Assembly: GCA_944391405.1 (NCBI GenBank)
Contig: CALXTN010000005.1
Location: 1,515 to 65,514, forward strand
Reading direction: 5' to 3'
Origin: an uncultured Alphaproteobacteria bacterium
GTDB taxonomy: Bacteria; Pseudomonadota; Alphaproteobacteria; RF32; CAG-239
DNA length: 64,000 nucleotides
Under the pieces are notes generated by a model. That model was not told where the DNA came from. It worked only from the letters and a program-made list of their open reading frames with translations, and searched no databases. Within the stretch, counting starts at the first letter, position 1; every line of letters starts with the position of its first letter. Made by a program: the position numbers and the translations under genes. Positions 39,570-49,226 of the stretch are shown in pieces.

Positions 39570-40601
39570 GTGTTGAAATTTTTCGTTGTTATGACATTAT
39601 TTTTTATTTTGTCAGGTAATGTAACGGCTAAACCTCTTTTTGAGGCTGATGTTAATGTTGATATAACAGCTGAAAATGTGGTGGAAGCTAAAAAGCAAGC
39701 TATGGCTAAGGCTAGAAGAGATGCTTTAAATGATGTTTTGCTTAGTGTTAGTACAGCTCAAAGTGTTGAAGAATTAGCTAAATTGAATGATAATCAAATT
39801 CAGCATTTTATCTCTGGTGTTATGGTTTTAATGGAGAAATCTTCAAATGTTCGTTATATCGCGGATTTGCGTGTTACCATTAATGAAGATGTATTAAAGG
39901 CGTATATGGCAGAGAATAATTTGCCGTTGGTTGTGGGTGAAGAGCAAACAGTTTTGGTTATTCCTTTGCTGGAGAAAAATGATGGTTCGCTTGATTTGTG
40001 GAGTGACGCTAATTTTTGGCGGCAGGTTTTTACAGATAGAAAAGATATTCGCAAAGGAAACCTTATTCTTCATGATATAGATAAAAATTTGGGAAATATT
40101 ACAGCTGTTGAGGCTAATCGTATTTATGATATGTCAGATGCTGAATTTGCTGATGTGTCTGGTTTTAATAATGTTGAAGAAGTTTATGTCTTAAAATACT
40201 CGCTTAAAGATGGTAAAGTTTATGTCAAATCGTTTCCAACTCGTGAAGTGAATGGAGTTGTTATCGGTGACGCAACGCCTCAAGATATGATTGAAGCGGT
40301 ATTGCCGTTTTTTAAAGATGTGAAAAAAGCAGCTAAACTTGAAAATTTAGATGATAATGCAGAATTTGTTAATCAAAAGATAGAAGCAGTTTATTCTTAC
40401 TCTAAACTTAGTGAATGGTTATCTTTGAAACGCTTTTTGGAGACAAATTCTCAAGTTAAAGATGTTAAGGTTGTTTCTATGGCTAACGGCAAGGTGCATT
40501 TTAGCTTTATTTATAATGGTGTTTGGGAAAAGTTGCAGGCAAATTTGGCTTTGAGTGGCTATAAAATGAGAAATGAAGGAGGGTATTATGCCATCAACTA
40601 A
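39570..40601 (+). CDS. Secreted DUF2066-like protein
   Basis: Signal peptide; 343 aa. Family assignment is from memory of the DUF2066 / AI-2E gene pairing and is tentative. Confidence 0.4.
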   Translation: MLKFFVVMTLFFILSGNVTAKPLFEADVNVDITAENVVEAKKQAMAKARRDALNDVLLSVSTAQSVEELAKLNDNQIQHFISGVMVLMEKSSNVRYIADLRVTINEDVLKAYMAENNLPLVVGEEQTVLVIPLLEKNDGSLDLWSDANFWRQVFTDRKDIRKGNLILHDIDKNLGNITAVEANRIYDMSDAEFADVSGFNNVEEVYVLKYSLKDGKVYVKSFPTREVNGVVIGDATPQDMIEAVLPFFKDVKKAAKLENLDDNAEFVNQKIEAVYSYSKLSEWLSLKRFLETNSQVKDVKVVSMANGKVHFSFIYNGVWEKLQANLALSGYKMRNEGGYYAIN

Positions 40602-41661
40602 GGTACAAAGTCGTTTTTATGTTAACCCGTATATGTGGTTTGTTATCTTTTTTGTGTTCTTTTTCTTTCTTTATATGTTACGATCTGTTTTAATGCCATT
40701 TGTCGCCGGTATTTTATTGGCGTACTTGTTAAATCCTCTGACAATTAAATTGCAGAAATGTAAAATGTCTAGAACGTGGGCGACGGTGATTGTTTGTATT
40801 TTGATGATTTTGTTGGTTATACCGGCTATTTTCTTATTTTTGGGAATGGTTGAAAGCCAACTGACATTGCTTATTCAAGCTACACCTAAATATTTGGCGC
40901 TGTTGTTGGATAAAATTCGACCGACGTTGAAACGTTTGGCAGAAAGCTATCCTGATTTATTTGCTGGCAATTTAGAGGATATGATTAAGGGAAATATCGG
41001 TAATGGTGTGAAATTAGCGAGCAAGCTGTTTCAAGGATTGATTGCAAATGGTTTTGCTTTTATTAACCTTATTTCTCTTATCTTGATTACGCCTATCGTT
41101 GCTTTTTATATGTTGCGTGATTGGGATACATTTGTTAAAAAATTTGAGGGACTTCTGCCTAAGAAATCTAAAAAAGGTATTATGCAGAGTATGCAGGAAA
41201 TTAATACAATTATTGCCGGTTTTATTCGCGGTCAACTTAGTGTTTGTGTTATCTTAGGGTTGTATTACTCTATCGGCTTAAAATTGGTTGGATTGGAATT
41301 AGGCTTGCTTGTCGGTTTTATTGCCGGTGTTATCTCCTTTATTCCATATGTTGGCTCAATTACCGGTTTTGTGTTGGCGATAATTTTGGCTTTTGCGCAG
41401 TTTAACGATATTACGCATGTGATGTATGTGGTGGCTGTGTTCTTAAGTGGACAATTCTTAGAAGGTAACTTCTTAACACCTAAATTAGTGGGTGAAAATG
41501 TGGGGTTACATCCAGTATGGGTGATGTTTGCATTATTAGCCGGTGGCGTGTTATTGGGATTCCTTGGGTTAATGCTTGCTGTTCCTGTGGCAGCTATTAT
41601 TGGTGTTTTGGTGCGTCATTTAGTTAAACATTATAAGATGAGTTCGCTTTATCTGGACTAG
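40588..41661 (+). CDS. AI-2E family transporter (PerM/TqsA-like, UPF0118)
   Basis: 8 TM helices and a typical AI-2E profile. Likely start MPSTKVQS with RBS GAAGGAGGG; overlaps the upstream gene by 14 nt. Confidence 0.75.
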   Translation: MPSTKVQSRFYVNPYMWFVIFFVFFFFLYMLRSVLMPFVAGILLAYLLNPLTIKLQKCKMSRTWATVIVCILMILLVIPAIFLFLGMVESQLTLLIQATPKYLALLLDKIRPTLKRLAESYPDLFAGNLEDMIKGNIGNGVKLASKLFQGLIANGFAFINLISLILITPIVAFYMLRDWDTFVKKFEGLLPKKSKKGIMQSMQEINTIIAGFIRGQLSVCVILGLYYSIGLKLVGLELGLLVGFIAGVISFIPYVGSITGFVLAIILAFAQFNDITHVMYVVAVFLSGQFLEGNFLTPKLVGENVGLHPVWVMFALLAGGVLLGFLGLMLAVPVAAIIGVLVRHLVKHYKMSSLYLD

Positions 41662-41665
41662 TAGT

Positions 41666-41695
41666 AAAAAAAGCCGCGAATTGCGGCTTTTTTTA
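41666..41695. terminator. Bidirectional terminator
   Basis: AAAAAAAGCCGCGAATTGCGGCTTTTTTT. Confidence 0.6.
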
Positions 41696-41713
41696 TATTA
41701 TCTGGATTTTTTA

Positions 41714-42163
41714 TTAGAGTTTTTTGACCATACGAATAAAGTTAATGCCTTTTTCTTCAAATAAATCGCCGTCTTGTTTGAAACCGAGTTTCTCGTAAAA
41801 ACCAACAACGGAAAGCATTGCGTGCATCACCATTGTACTATATCCGATTTCTTTAGCAGTCTTTTCGGCGTATTCAATTAATTTTTTACCAATACCTTCG
41901 CCTTGATGCACGACGTCTACGGCAACTTGCATTACTCTGATTTCTTCATTATCAAGAGGTACCATTATTAAACCGCCGATTAGTTTGTCGCTGACGGAAT
42001 CTATGCAGCCAATGTGTAGGAAACTTGCTTCTTCTTCTCTGAAAGAATCGAGGAATTTTAACCCTAATGGTTGCAATAATATACGATAGCGTAAATCTAA
42101 CAGTTCCTGATAACGACTGGAACCGAATTCTATGTCTATAAATTTAATCATTGCAACCTCCAT
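41714..42163 (-). CDS. GNAT-family N-acetyltransferase
   Basis: 149 aa; motif A VHQGEGIGKKLI. Confidence 0.7.
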   Translation of the reverse strand: MEVAMIKFIDIEFGSSRYQELLDLRYRILLQPLGLKFLDSFREEEASFLHIGCIDSVSDKLIGGLIMVPLDNEEIRVMQVAVDVVHQGEGIGKKLIEYAEKTAKEIGYSTMVMHAMLSVVGFYEKLGFKQDGDLFEEKGINFIRMVKKL

Positions 42164-42309
42164 ATTATTTCAGAATAATTTTATTGTTTCTTATTTAAGC
42201 ACAGTTTTGTCTTACTTGCAACAGTAAAGTGTTTAAAATCTGTTGCGTTCCGATAAAATTTACTTTATGACTGATATAAGTTTGTTAATTTGTATTTAAG
42301 GATAACTCT

Positions 42310-44112
42310 ATGCAGGATTTGGCAAAAATTAGAAATTTTGCAATTATTGCTCATATCGACCATGGTAAATCTACAATAGCGGATAGAATTATTGAGCGTT
42401 GCGGCGGTTTGGAGCGTCGCGAAATGACAGAACAAGTTTTAGACTCCATGGATATTGAACGTGAACGTGGAATTACAATTAAAGCACAGACCGTGCGTCT
42501 TAAATATGTTGCAAAAGACGGACAGGAATATATGCTTAATTTAATTGATACTCCAGGACATGTTGACTTTTCTTATGAAGTTTCTCGCTCGTTAGCTGCT
42601 TGCGAAGGTTCGGTGTTGGTTGTTGATGCAACTCAAGGTGTTGAAGCGCAAACCTTGGCTAATGTTTATTTGGCAATTGATAATAATCATGAAATTGTGC
42701 CGGCTCTTAATAAAGTTGATTTACCTTCTGCGGATGTTCAAAAAGTTAAAACTCAAATTGAAGATGTTATTGGTATTGATGCCAGTGATGCTGTTGAAAC
42801 TTCCGGAAAAACAGGATTTGGTATTGATGATTTGTTAGAGGCTATTGTGCATCATTTACCGGCTCCTAAAGGTGATGCCGACGCGCCTCTTAAAGCTCTT
42901 TTGATTGATAGTTGGTATGATTCCTATTTAGGGGTGGTTATCTTGGTGCGAATCAAGGATGGTGTACTTCGTAAAAAACAAGTTATCCGTATGATGAGTA
43001 ATAATGCGACTTATACAGTAGATAGATTAGGCGTGTTTACGCCTAAAATGCAGGAAACTGATGAGTTGTCTGCAGGTGAAGTAGGTTATATTACAGCTAG
43101 TATCAAGAGTGTTGGAGATTGTAGCGTCGGTGATACGATTACCGATAATAAAAGACCTTGTGAGCAAGCTCTACCCGGTTTTAAACCTTCTATACCGGTG
43201 GTGTTCTGTTCTATCTTTCCGGTTGATAGCAGCCAATATGAGGCTTTAAAAGATGCATTGGCGAAATTGAAACTTAATGATGCTAGTATTGATTATCAAA
43301 ATGAAAATTCGGCGGCTTTAGGACTCGGTTTCAGATGTGGTTTCTTGGGACTCTTGCATATGGAAATTATTCAAGAACGAATTGGTCGCGAGTTTGATTT
43401 GGATATTATTACAACAGCTCCGTCTGTGGCTTATAAAATTAATTTGACTAAGGGGGAAACTATTATGTTGCACAATCCTGCTGATATGCCGGATTTGTCG
43501 ACAGTGGCTTCTATTGAAGAACCTATGGTTAGAGCGACAATACTTGTGCCAGATACTTATTTGGGGGCGGTTTTGAAACTTTGTACGGAACGTCGTGGAT
43601 TACAACAGGAATTAACCTACGTTGGTTCTAGAGCGATGGTGGTTTATCGAATCCCTCTTAATGAAATTGTATTTGATTTCTATGATCGCTTAAAATCTAT
43701 TACGAGCGGATATGCCAGCTTTGATTATGAATTGGTTGGCTATGAACAGTCTGATTTAGTTAAGGTGCAGATTTTAATTAATGAAGAACCTGTTGATGCT
43801 CTAGCCTTTTTATGCCATAGAAGCGAGGCTGAATCTAGAGGGCGTCAAATTTGTGAGAGATTGAAGGATTTAATCCCGAGGCATTTGTTTAAAATTCCGA
43901 TTCAAGCAGCTATCGGAGGACGTGTTGTGGCTCGTGAAACTATTTCGGCTATGCGTAAAGATGTAACGGCTAAATGTTATGGTGGCGATGTTACTCGTAA
44001 ACGTAAGCTTTTAGATAAGCAAAAAAAAGGTAAACAAAGAATGCGACAATTTGGTAAAGTAGAAGTACCTCAGTCTGCGTTTATTGAGGCTTTACGCATT
44101 GGCGATGATTAA
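42310..44112 (+). CDS. lepA: Elongation factor 4 (LepA)
   Basis: [28 protein letters not shown], and the LepA-specific C-terminal domain; 600 aa. Confidence 0.95.
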   Translation: MQDLAKIRNFAIIAHIDHGKSTIADRIIERCGGLERREMTEQVLDSMDIERERGITIKAQTVRLKYVAKDGQEYMLNLIDTPGHVDFSYEVSRSLAACEGSVLVVDATQGVEAQTLANVYLAIDNNHEIVPALNKVDLPSADVQKVKTQIEDVIGIDASDAVETSGKTGFGIDDLLEAIVHHLPAPKGDADAPLKALLIDSWYDSYLGVVILVRIKDGVLRKKQVIRMMSNNATYTVDRLGVFTPKMQETDELSAGEVGYITASIKSVGDCSVGDTITDNKRPCEQALPGFKPSIPVVFCSIFPVDSSQYEALKDALAKLKLNDASIDYQNENSAALGLGFRCGFLGLLHMEIIQERIGREFDLDIITTAPSVAYKINLTKGETIMLHNPADMPDLSTVASIEEPMVRATILVPDTYLGAVLKLCTERRGLQQELTYVGSRAMVVYRIPLNEIVFDFYDRLKSITSGYASFDYELVGYEQSDLVKVQILINEEPVDALAFLCHRSEAESRGRQICERLKDLIPRHLFKIPIQAAIGGRVVARETISAMRKDVTAKCYGGDVTRKRKLLDKQKKGKQRMRQFGKVEVPQSAFIEALRIGDD

Positions 44113-44121
44113 TTTGATAGA

Positions 44122-44158
44122 AAAAAATAAACGGCTCAAGTCAGCCGTTTATTTTTTT
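44122..44158. terminator. Bidirectional terminator after lepA
   Basis: AACGGCT-caagtc-AGCCGTT flanked by A8 and T7 runs. Confidence 0.55.
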
Positions 44159-44159
44159 G

Positions 44160-44921
44160 TTATTGCACTTCAAAGCGTTTTATAGAGTTGGCTTTAGCTA
44201 AAGTCTCTTCTTGTTCACGATTACTTGGAAATTTGCCACGGCGTTGATAGACTCTTAATTCCATACCATAGTAAGAATATAATTGCTTAAATTTAGGTAA
44301 GGACGAATCCGGATATGGAATCGCTTTGAGTAAAGATGATAAACTTTTTTGTTTCAGTTTTTCTAAATCAGATAATTGAGACAGAGGTTGCGGAGAGCTG
44401 TTTTCTTTGGTGGCTGCAATTTGAGTGTTTTCATCTAGTCGGTATTGCTGTAGTTTTTGTTTTGTTTCAGGGGAAACAGAGATAGATTTTGGGGTTTCAT
44501 CTTTGAAAACTATGTTTGTTGAAGGGAGAGTTTGGGGTGTGTTGGTTTTTGTTTGTTTTTTTATGGGTTGCAGAGGGGCTGTTGCGTTTTTGGTGATTGG
44601 AAATGTTGACCTTTTTTTATTTTCTAATGAGGCTTGTGAAGAAATTGATGTAGAGGATGAATCTTCAGCTATGGTTGTTTTTTGTGAAGTGAGGGTATTG
44701 TTGTTTGATGTAGATGTATTTTGTTGTAATTGATTTTCGGATGTTTCATCTGGTTGGGTGTATCGTGGGCGCATTAAACGGATATCTTGTACTTTTTGAT
44801 TTTGTTGGAAAGCTCCGCCTGGGATGAAAAAAGCGTATTGCTGAGAAGTAATGTTAGCGGATACGGTCTTATATGTAAAAAAACTGGACAAGATTATGCT
44901 TATAATATATATGTGTTTCAT
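44160..44921 (-). CDS. Secreted Ser/Thr/Gln-rich low-complexity protein
   Basis: Signal peptide (MKHIYIISIILSSFFTYKTVSA); a central S/T/N/Q-rich region. Confidence 0.4.
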   Translation of the reverse strand: MKHIYIISIILSSFFTYKTVSANITSQQYAFFIPGGAFQQNQKVQDIRLMRPRYTQPDETSENQLQQNTSTSNNNTLTSQKTTIAEDSSSTSISSQASLENKKRSTFPITKNATAPLQPIKKQTKTNTPQTLPSTNIVFKDETPKSISVSPETKQKLQQYRLDENTQIAATKENSSPQPLSQLSDLEKLKQKSLSSLLKAIPYPDSSLPKFKQLYSYYGMELRVYQRRGKFPSNREQEETLAKANSIKRFEVQ

Positions 44922-44964
44922 AGGATGACTCCGCATTGTAAAAGAACTTTGTGAGGGATTATAT

Positions 44965-45681
44965 ATGAGAAAAGTTTTTTTTGCCTTAATTTTTATGATT
45001 TCTGCTGTACGTATAGGGGATGCGGCAGATGATAATATGCAAAAATATGTTCAAGAATGTTTGAGTGTTATTGACGCTCCTGTAGTAGAAGTTACTTCTG
45101 CTTATGGTAAATTACGGTATAATTATACAAAAGGTGAAGAGTTTCTTAAACGCGAAACAGCTCAGAAATATAAGGAAAATGGACTCGATATTCCTCAGGA
45201 TTTTGTTCCTATTGGACTTACAAAGGTTCGTGATGGTTTTAGTTTTAATTTAACTGTGGGACAAATTGAAATTAGTCGGGGTTATGAATGTGTTTATCCA
45301 GAAAAAATAGAAGCTCATCTTGGCTTTTATGTTCCAACTATCTATATCTCTAAAGATTTGCAAGAGGGGTCTTGTTTGTATGATGTAGCTTTAAAGCATG
45401 AAAAAACACATATGCAAATTTATATTGAAGCTTTGGATTATTTTTTGCCGGAATTTAAAAGAGCTTCAGAAGATCTTTTTAATTCTGTGGGGGTAAAAAT
45501 AGTTGCTCCAGGTCAGCAGAGTGATGTTGTTGCAAAAGAACTTAATGTGGAGTATTTGCAAAAATTGCAGACTAAAGTTGAAAATTGGCGAACAGAAGTA
45601 GAAAGTGAGCAATTGAAATTGGATTCTGTTGAAAATTATATTATTGAAAATAAGCTTTGTGAGAAGTTTGATAAAAAGTAG
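44965..45681 (+). CDS. Secreted protein with an HExxH motif (putative small zinc metallopeptidase)
   Basis: Signal peptide; HEKTH within ALKHEKTHMQIY; 238 aa. Confidence 0.35.
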   Translation: MRKVFFALIFMISAVRIGDAADDNMQKYVQECLSVIDAPVVEVTSAYGKLRYNYTKGEEFLKRETAQKYKENGLDIPQDFVPIGLTKVRDGFSFNLTVGQIEISRGYECVYPEKIEAHLGFYVPTIYISKDLQEGSCLYDVALKHEKTHMQIYIEALDYFLPEFKRASEDLFNSVGVKIVAPGQQSDVVAKELNVEYLQKLQTKVENWRTEVESEQLKLDSVENYIIENKLCEKFDKK

Positions 45682-45782
45682 TATGAGATAGTGGGTGGTT
45701 AAAATTAATTATTTGTTTGTTATGTTCTTTAAAAGGGGATATATGCTCATATCTTAGATTTGTCGAAATTGGTATTGGTAAT

Positions 45783-45810
45783 AAAAAAACCACCCTTGTG
45801 GTGGTTTTTT
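45783..45810. terminator. Bidirectional terminator
   Basis: AAAAAAACCACC-cttg-tGGTGGTTTTTT. Confidence 0.55.
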
Positions 45811-45823
45811 ATGATCTTTTATG

Positions 45824-46492
45824 TTAACAATTATAATCCTTTTTTAATCCAGTAATACAATCATATATTCCTTTGTATGCAGAATCGATAAATTGCATAT
45901 CTTTTGCGGAGTTATTTCCATAATATATACGAATTGTTGTCATGCCACATTGTTTGGCAAAATCTAAATTTGAATAGCTGTCATCCACAAAAATACATTC
46001 TTCGGGATTGACACCTATTTTTTCGCATAGACGTTTATATACGTCAGGACTCTCATTTTTTTTGTATACATCAAAATCTTCTACAGAGTAGAATCTGTCT
46101 TTAAAAAAGTCATACAAGCCAATATGTTTTAAGATCTTTTCACAAATATCTTTTGATGAAGTTGAAAATATATATTGTGGACATTTGAGACTTTGAAGAT
46201 TTTCTAATAAGTTTTCATATGGAGCTATGGTTTGTACTAGTTCACTTTTATAATTGTGATATGATTTGTACAAGTCTTTATGCGGTATACCATATTCCCT
46301 GGAAAATATCTCTAGTCCATCTCTGTATGTAGCATATGATTCTTTTACTTTTGCAGTAGCTTCTTTAAAATCCAACGGTATATTAAATTTTTCTATTGCT
46401 GCGGCTGCAGTTGCTTCATTTAACTTGTTTTTGTATTCGTCTGTTTCGTAGTAAAGGGTGTTATCTAAATCCCAAATTATGGTGTTTTGCAA
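45824..46492 (-). CDS. HAD-superfamily hydrolase (pyrimidine 5'-nucleotidase-like)
   Basis: The DLDNTLY motif I and FVDDS motif IV. Confidence 0.65.
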   Translation of the reverse strand: MQNTIIWDLDNTLYYETDEYKNKLNEATAAAAIEKFNIPLDFKEATAKVKESYATYRDGLEIFSREYGIPHKDLYKSYHNYKSELVQTIAPYENLLENLQSLKCPQYIFSTSSKDICEKILKHIGLYDFFKDRFYSVEDFDVYKKNESPDVYKRLCEKIGVNPEECIFVDDSYSNLDFAKQCGMTTIRIYYGNNSAKDMQFIDSAYKGIYDCITGLKKDYNC

Positions 46493-46775
46493 TTTTTATA
46501 CTCCATCAAATTTTATCCGTCAAATATAATATAGATTGATATTATATAGGTCAACCTTTTTTAATGAAAAAAAAGGAGAAGTTTTTTAAAAAACTGTTAG
46601 TAAAATCTTTAAAAATATTGTGAGGGGGGTTATTGACTTCCTAAAAAAAAAAAATCGTTTTAATTTTAATATGATATAAAAAAATAAAAAAAAATGAAGA
46701 GGGATATCTTGTCAAAATAGATGTTTTTTTTATGATGAGGCTTGTTATCGAATTTGAGATTGAAAAGTATTTTTT

Positions 46776-46822
46776 ACTATATTTAGTGTATTTTTACGGT
46801 TTGTTAACACAATATGTAGTAT
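46776..46822 (+). promoter_or_regulatory. Tandem NrdR-box-like sites upstream of nrdD
   Basis: ACTATATTTAGTGTAT (46776..46791) and ACACAATATGTAGTAT (46807..46822), 31 bp apart; both resemble the NrdR box consensus acaCwAtATaTwGtgt. Confidence 0.45.
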
Positions 46823-46882
46823 GGTGCTCTTAAAGTCGAAAAGGAACTTGTTACATTTATAAGAGAAGGGAATAATAAAAAA

Positions 46883-48943
46883 ATGGCAAATAATGAGTTG
46901 CAAATGCCCGCGGCAAAAAAATATAAAATGCCGTTTAAAAGTATAACCAAAAGAGATGGTACTCTTGCTGATTTTGATGGTGATAAAATTTATAACGCAA
47001 TTTTAAGAGCCGGTGAAATTACGAACGAGTTTGATAATGATGATGCTTGGCTTTTAACAGCTCAAGTGATGAAAATTTTGTCTCATAAGTTTGATGAGTC
47101 TCTGCCTTCAGTTGAGGATATTCAAGATGTGGTTGAACAAGTTCTTATTTCTTCAAACTATTTTAAAACAGCTAAGTCTTATATCTTATATCGTGATAAG
47201 AGAAACAGAATGCGTGGAGATGGGAAGACTGTTATTGATGTTGAAAGCTCTGTTAATGAGTATTTGGAAAATTTGGACTGGCGTATTAAAGAGAATGCTA
47301 ATCAAGGATATTCCAACGGCGGGTTAATTTTGAATGTTTCCGGTAAAGTTACTGCCAACTACTGGCTGTCTCATGTTTATCCGGCTGAAGTTGGTGAAGC
47401 TCACAGAAATGGAGATATTCATATTCATGATTTGAGTATGTTGGCGGCTTATTGTGCCGGATGGTCTTTGAAAAATTTGTTGCGTGAAGGATTTAATGGT
47501 GTTCCTGGTAAGGTTGAAGCTGGCGCTCCGAAGCATCTTTCTTCTGCTATTGGACAGATGGTTAACTTTATGGGAACCTTGCAAAATGAATGGGCTGGTG
47601 CTCAAGCTTTTTCTTCTGTTGATACTTATTTGGCTCCGTATGTCAGAAAAGATAAGCTGAATTATGAGCAAGTAGAACAATGTATGCAAGAATTAATCTA
47701 TAATTTGAACGTTCCTTCTCGTTGGGGGTCTCAGACTCCATTTACAAACTTTACGTTTGATTGGGTTTGTCCTGAAGATTTGCGTGATCAACATCCAATT
47801 ATTGCTGGTGTTGAGCAGGATTATACCTACGGTGATTTAGGTGAAGAGATGGCTATGATTAACAAAGCTTACATCACGGTTATGATGGGTGGCGATGTTA
47901 AGGGAAGACCTTTCACTTTTCCAATTCCAACATATAATATGACTTGGGACTTTCCTTGGGAGGATGAAAATACTGAATTGTTATTTGAAATGACAGCTAA
48001 GTATGGGTTGCCTTATTTTCAGAATTTCTTGAACTCTTCTTTGAAGCCAGGTCAAATTCGTTCTATGTGCTGTCGTTTACAACTTGATTTGAGAGAACTT
48101 TTAGCTCGTGGTAATGGCTTATTTGGTTCTGCAGAACAAACCGGTTCTGTTGGGGTGGTTACAATTAACTGCGCAAGACTTGGTTATGTTTATAAAGGTA
48201 ATGAAGCAGCTTTGTTTGCCAGAGTTGATGAGTTGATGAATATTGCCAGAACTTCTTTGGAAATTAAGAGAAAAGTTATTCAACGTTTGATTGATAATGG
48301 GTTGTTCCCATTCACCAAGAGATATTTGGGCACTCTTCGTAATCACTTTTCTACTATTGGTGTCAATGGTATGAATGAAATGATTAGAAACTTTACTAAT
48401 GATGAACACAATATTGCAGATGCTTGGGGACAAGCTTTTGCTGAAAAATTCTTAGACTTTATTCGTGATAGATTAGTGAAGTTTCAAGAAGAGACTGGAC
48501 ATATGTATAACCTTGAAGCGACTCCGGCTGAAGGTGCAACAACAAGATTTGCAAGAGAAGATAAAAAACGTTATGTCGGTATTATTCAGGCGGGGACTCC
48601 TGAAGCTCCTTTCTATACAAACTCTTCTCAATTGCCGGTTGGTTATACAGATGATCCATTTGAGGCTTTGGATTTGCAAGCTAGATTGCAATCTAAGTAT
48701 ACAGGAGGTACCGTTCTTCACCTTTATATGAACCAACGTATATCCTCTGCAAAAGTTTGTCGTGACTTTATTAAAAAGGTTTTGGCTAATTATCGTTTGC
48801 CATATATCACGATTACACCGACATTCTCTGTTTGTCCAAAACATGGTTATATTGCCGGTGAACATGAATTCTGTCCGATTTGCGATCAAGAAAAGAAGGC
48901 AGAAAAGTTGAAAATGCTTGCAAAAAAGCAAGAAGTAGCGTAG
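46883..48943 (+). CDS. nrdD: Anaerobic ribonucleoside-triphosphate reductase (class III) catalytic subunit, lacking the C-terminal glycyl-radical motif
   Basis: N-terminal ATP-cone (FKSITKRDGTLADFDGDKIYNAI); NrdD core; a C-terminal Zn-ribbon-like SVCPKHGYIAGEHEFCPIC. It stops 19 aa later with no RVxGY/FNxGK motif. Confidence 0.85.
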   Translation: MANNELQMPAAKKYKMPFKSITKRDGTLADFDGDKIYNAILRAGEITNEFDNDDAWLLTAQVMKILSHKFDESLPSVEDIQDVVEQVLISSNYFKTAKSYILYRDKRNRMRGDGKTVIDVESSVNEYLENLDWRIKENANQGYSNGGLILNVSGKVTANYWLSHVYPAEVGEAHRNGDIHIHDLSMLAAYCAGWSLKNLLREGFNGVPGKVEAGAPKHLSSAIGQMVNFMGTLQNEWAGAQAFSSVDTYLAPYVRKDKLNYEQVEQCMQELIYNLNVPSRWGSQTPFTNFTFDWVCPEDLRDQHPIIAGVEQDYTYGDLGEEMAMINKAYITVMMGGDVKGRPFTFPIPTYNMTWDFPWEDENTELLFEMTAKYGLPYFQNFLNSSLKPGQIRSMCCRLQLDLRELLARGNGLFGSAEQTGSVGVVTINCARLGYVYKGNEAALFARVDELMNIARTSLEIKRKVIQRLIDNGLFPFTKRYLGTLRNHFSTIGVNGMNEMIRNFTNDEHNIADAWGQAFAEKFLDFIRDRLVKFQEETGHMYNLEATPAEGATTRFAREDKKRYVGIIQAGTPEAPFYTNSSQLPVGYTDDPFEALDLQARLQSKYTGGTVLHLYMNQRISSAKVCRDFIKKVLANYRLPYITITPTFSVCPKHGYIAGEHEFCPICDQEKKAEKLKMLAKKQEVA

Positions 48944-48971
48944 AATAGTATTATATTTGAAAGGGAGAAAA

Positions 48972-49202
48972 ATGAGCAATATTATTAATATTGAAGATGT
49001 TAAATTGGATGATTCCGAAAGACAACGTTGTGAAGTATATACCAGAGTTATGGGGTATATTCGTCCGACAACAGAATTCAATGTTGGTAAAAAGGGCGAA
49101 TACAATAGCAGATTATGCTTCTGTGAAGAAAAGGCTATTCAAGGTTGCGAAGCTCGTGAATGTGTTTGCAGTGCAGAAACAATGGCTTTGGCTGCAGAGT
49201 AA
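48972..49202 (+). CDS. Stand-alone NrdD glycyl-radical tail protein (76 aa) with a Cys-rich C-terminal extension
   Basis: MSNIINIEDVKLDDSERQRCEVYTRVMGYIRPTTEFNVGKKGEYNSRLCFCEEKAIQGCEARECVCSAETMALAAE. RVMGY plus FNVGKKGE matches the canonical NrdD C-terminus. RBS AAGGGAG; the reading frame differs from nrdD. Confidence 0.7.
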   Translation: MSNIINIEDVKLDDSERQRCEVYTRVMGYIRPTTEFNVGKKGEYNSRLCFCEEKAIQGCEARECVCSAETMALAAE

Positions 49203-49226
49203 TTCCTTGCTAAGAGGTGGGTGCTT

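Noticed and set aside
48957-48971. An alternative TTG start at 48957 for the NrdD-tail gene, and the possibility that the nrdD split is a simple frameshift or nonsense artifact
   Set aside because: The ATG at 48972 has a proper RBS (AAGGGAG) while the TTG has none. nrdD and the small ORF are in different frames, separated by an in-frame stop and a 28-nt gap. Both carry extra linker residues relative to fused NrdDs. The split is therefore treated as real, though read-level confirmation is still advised.
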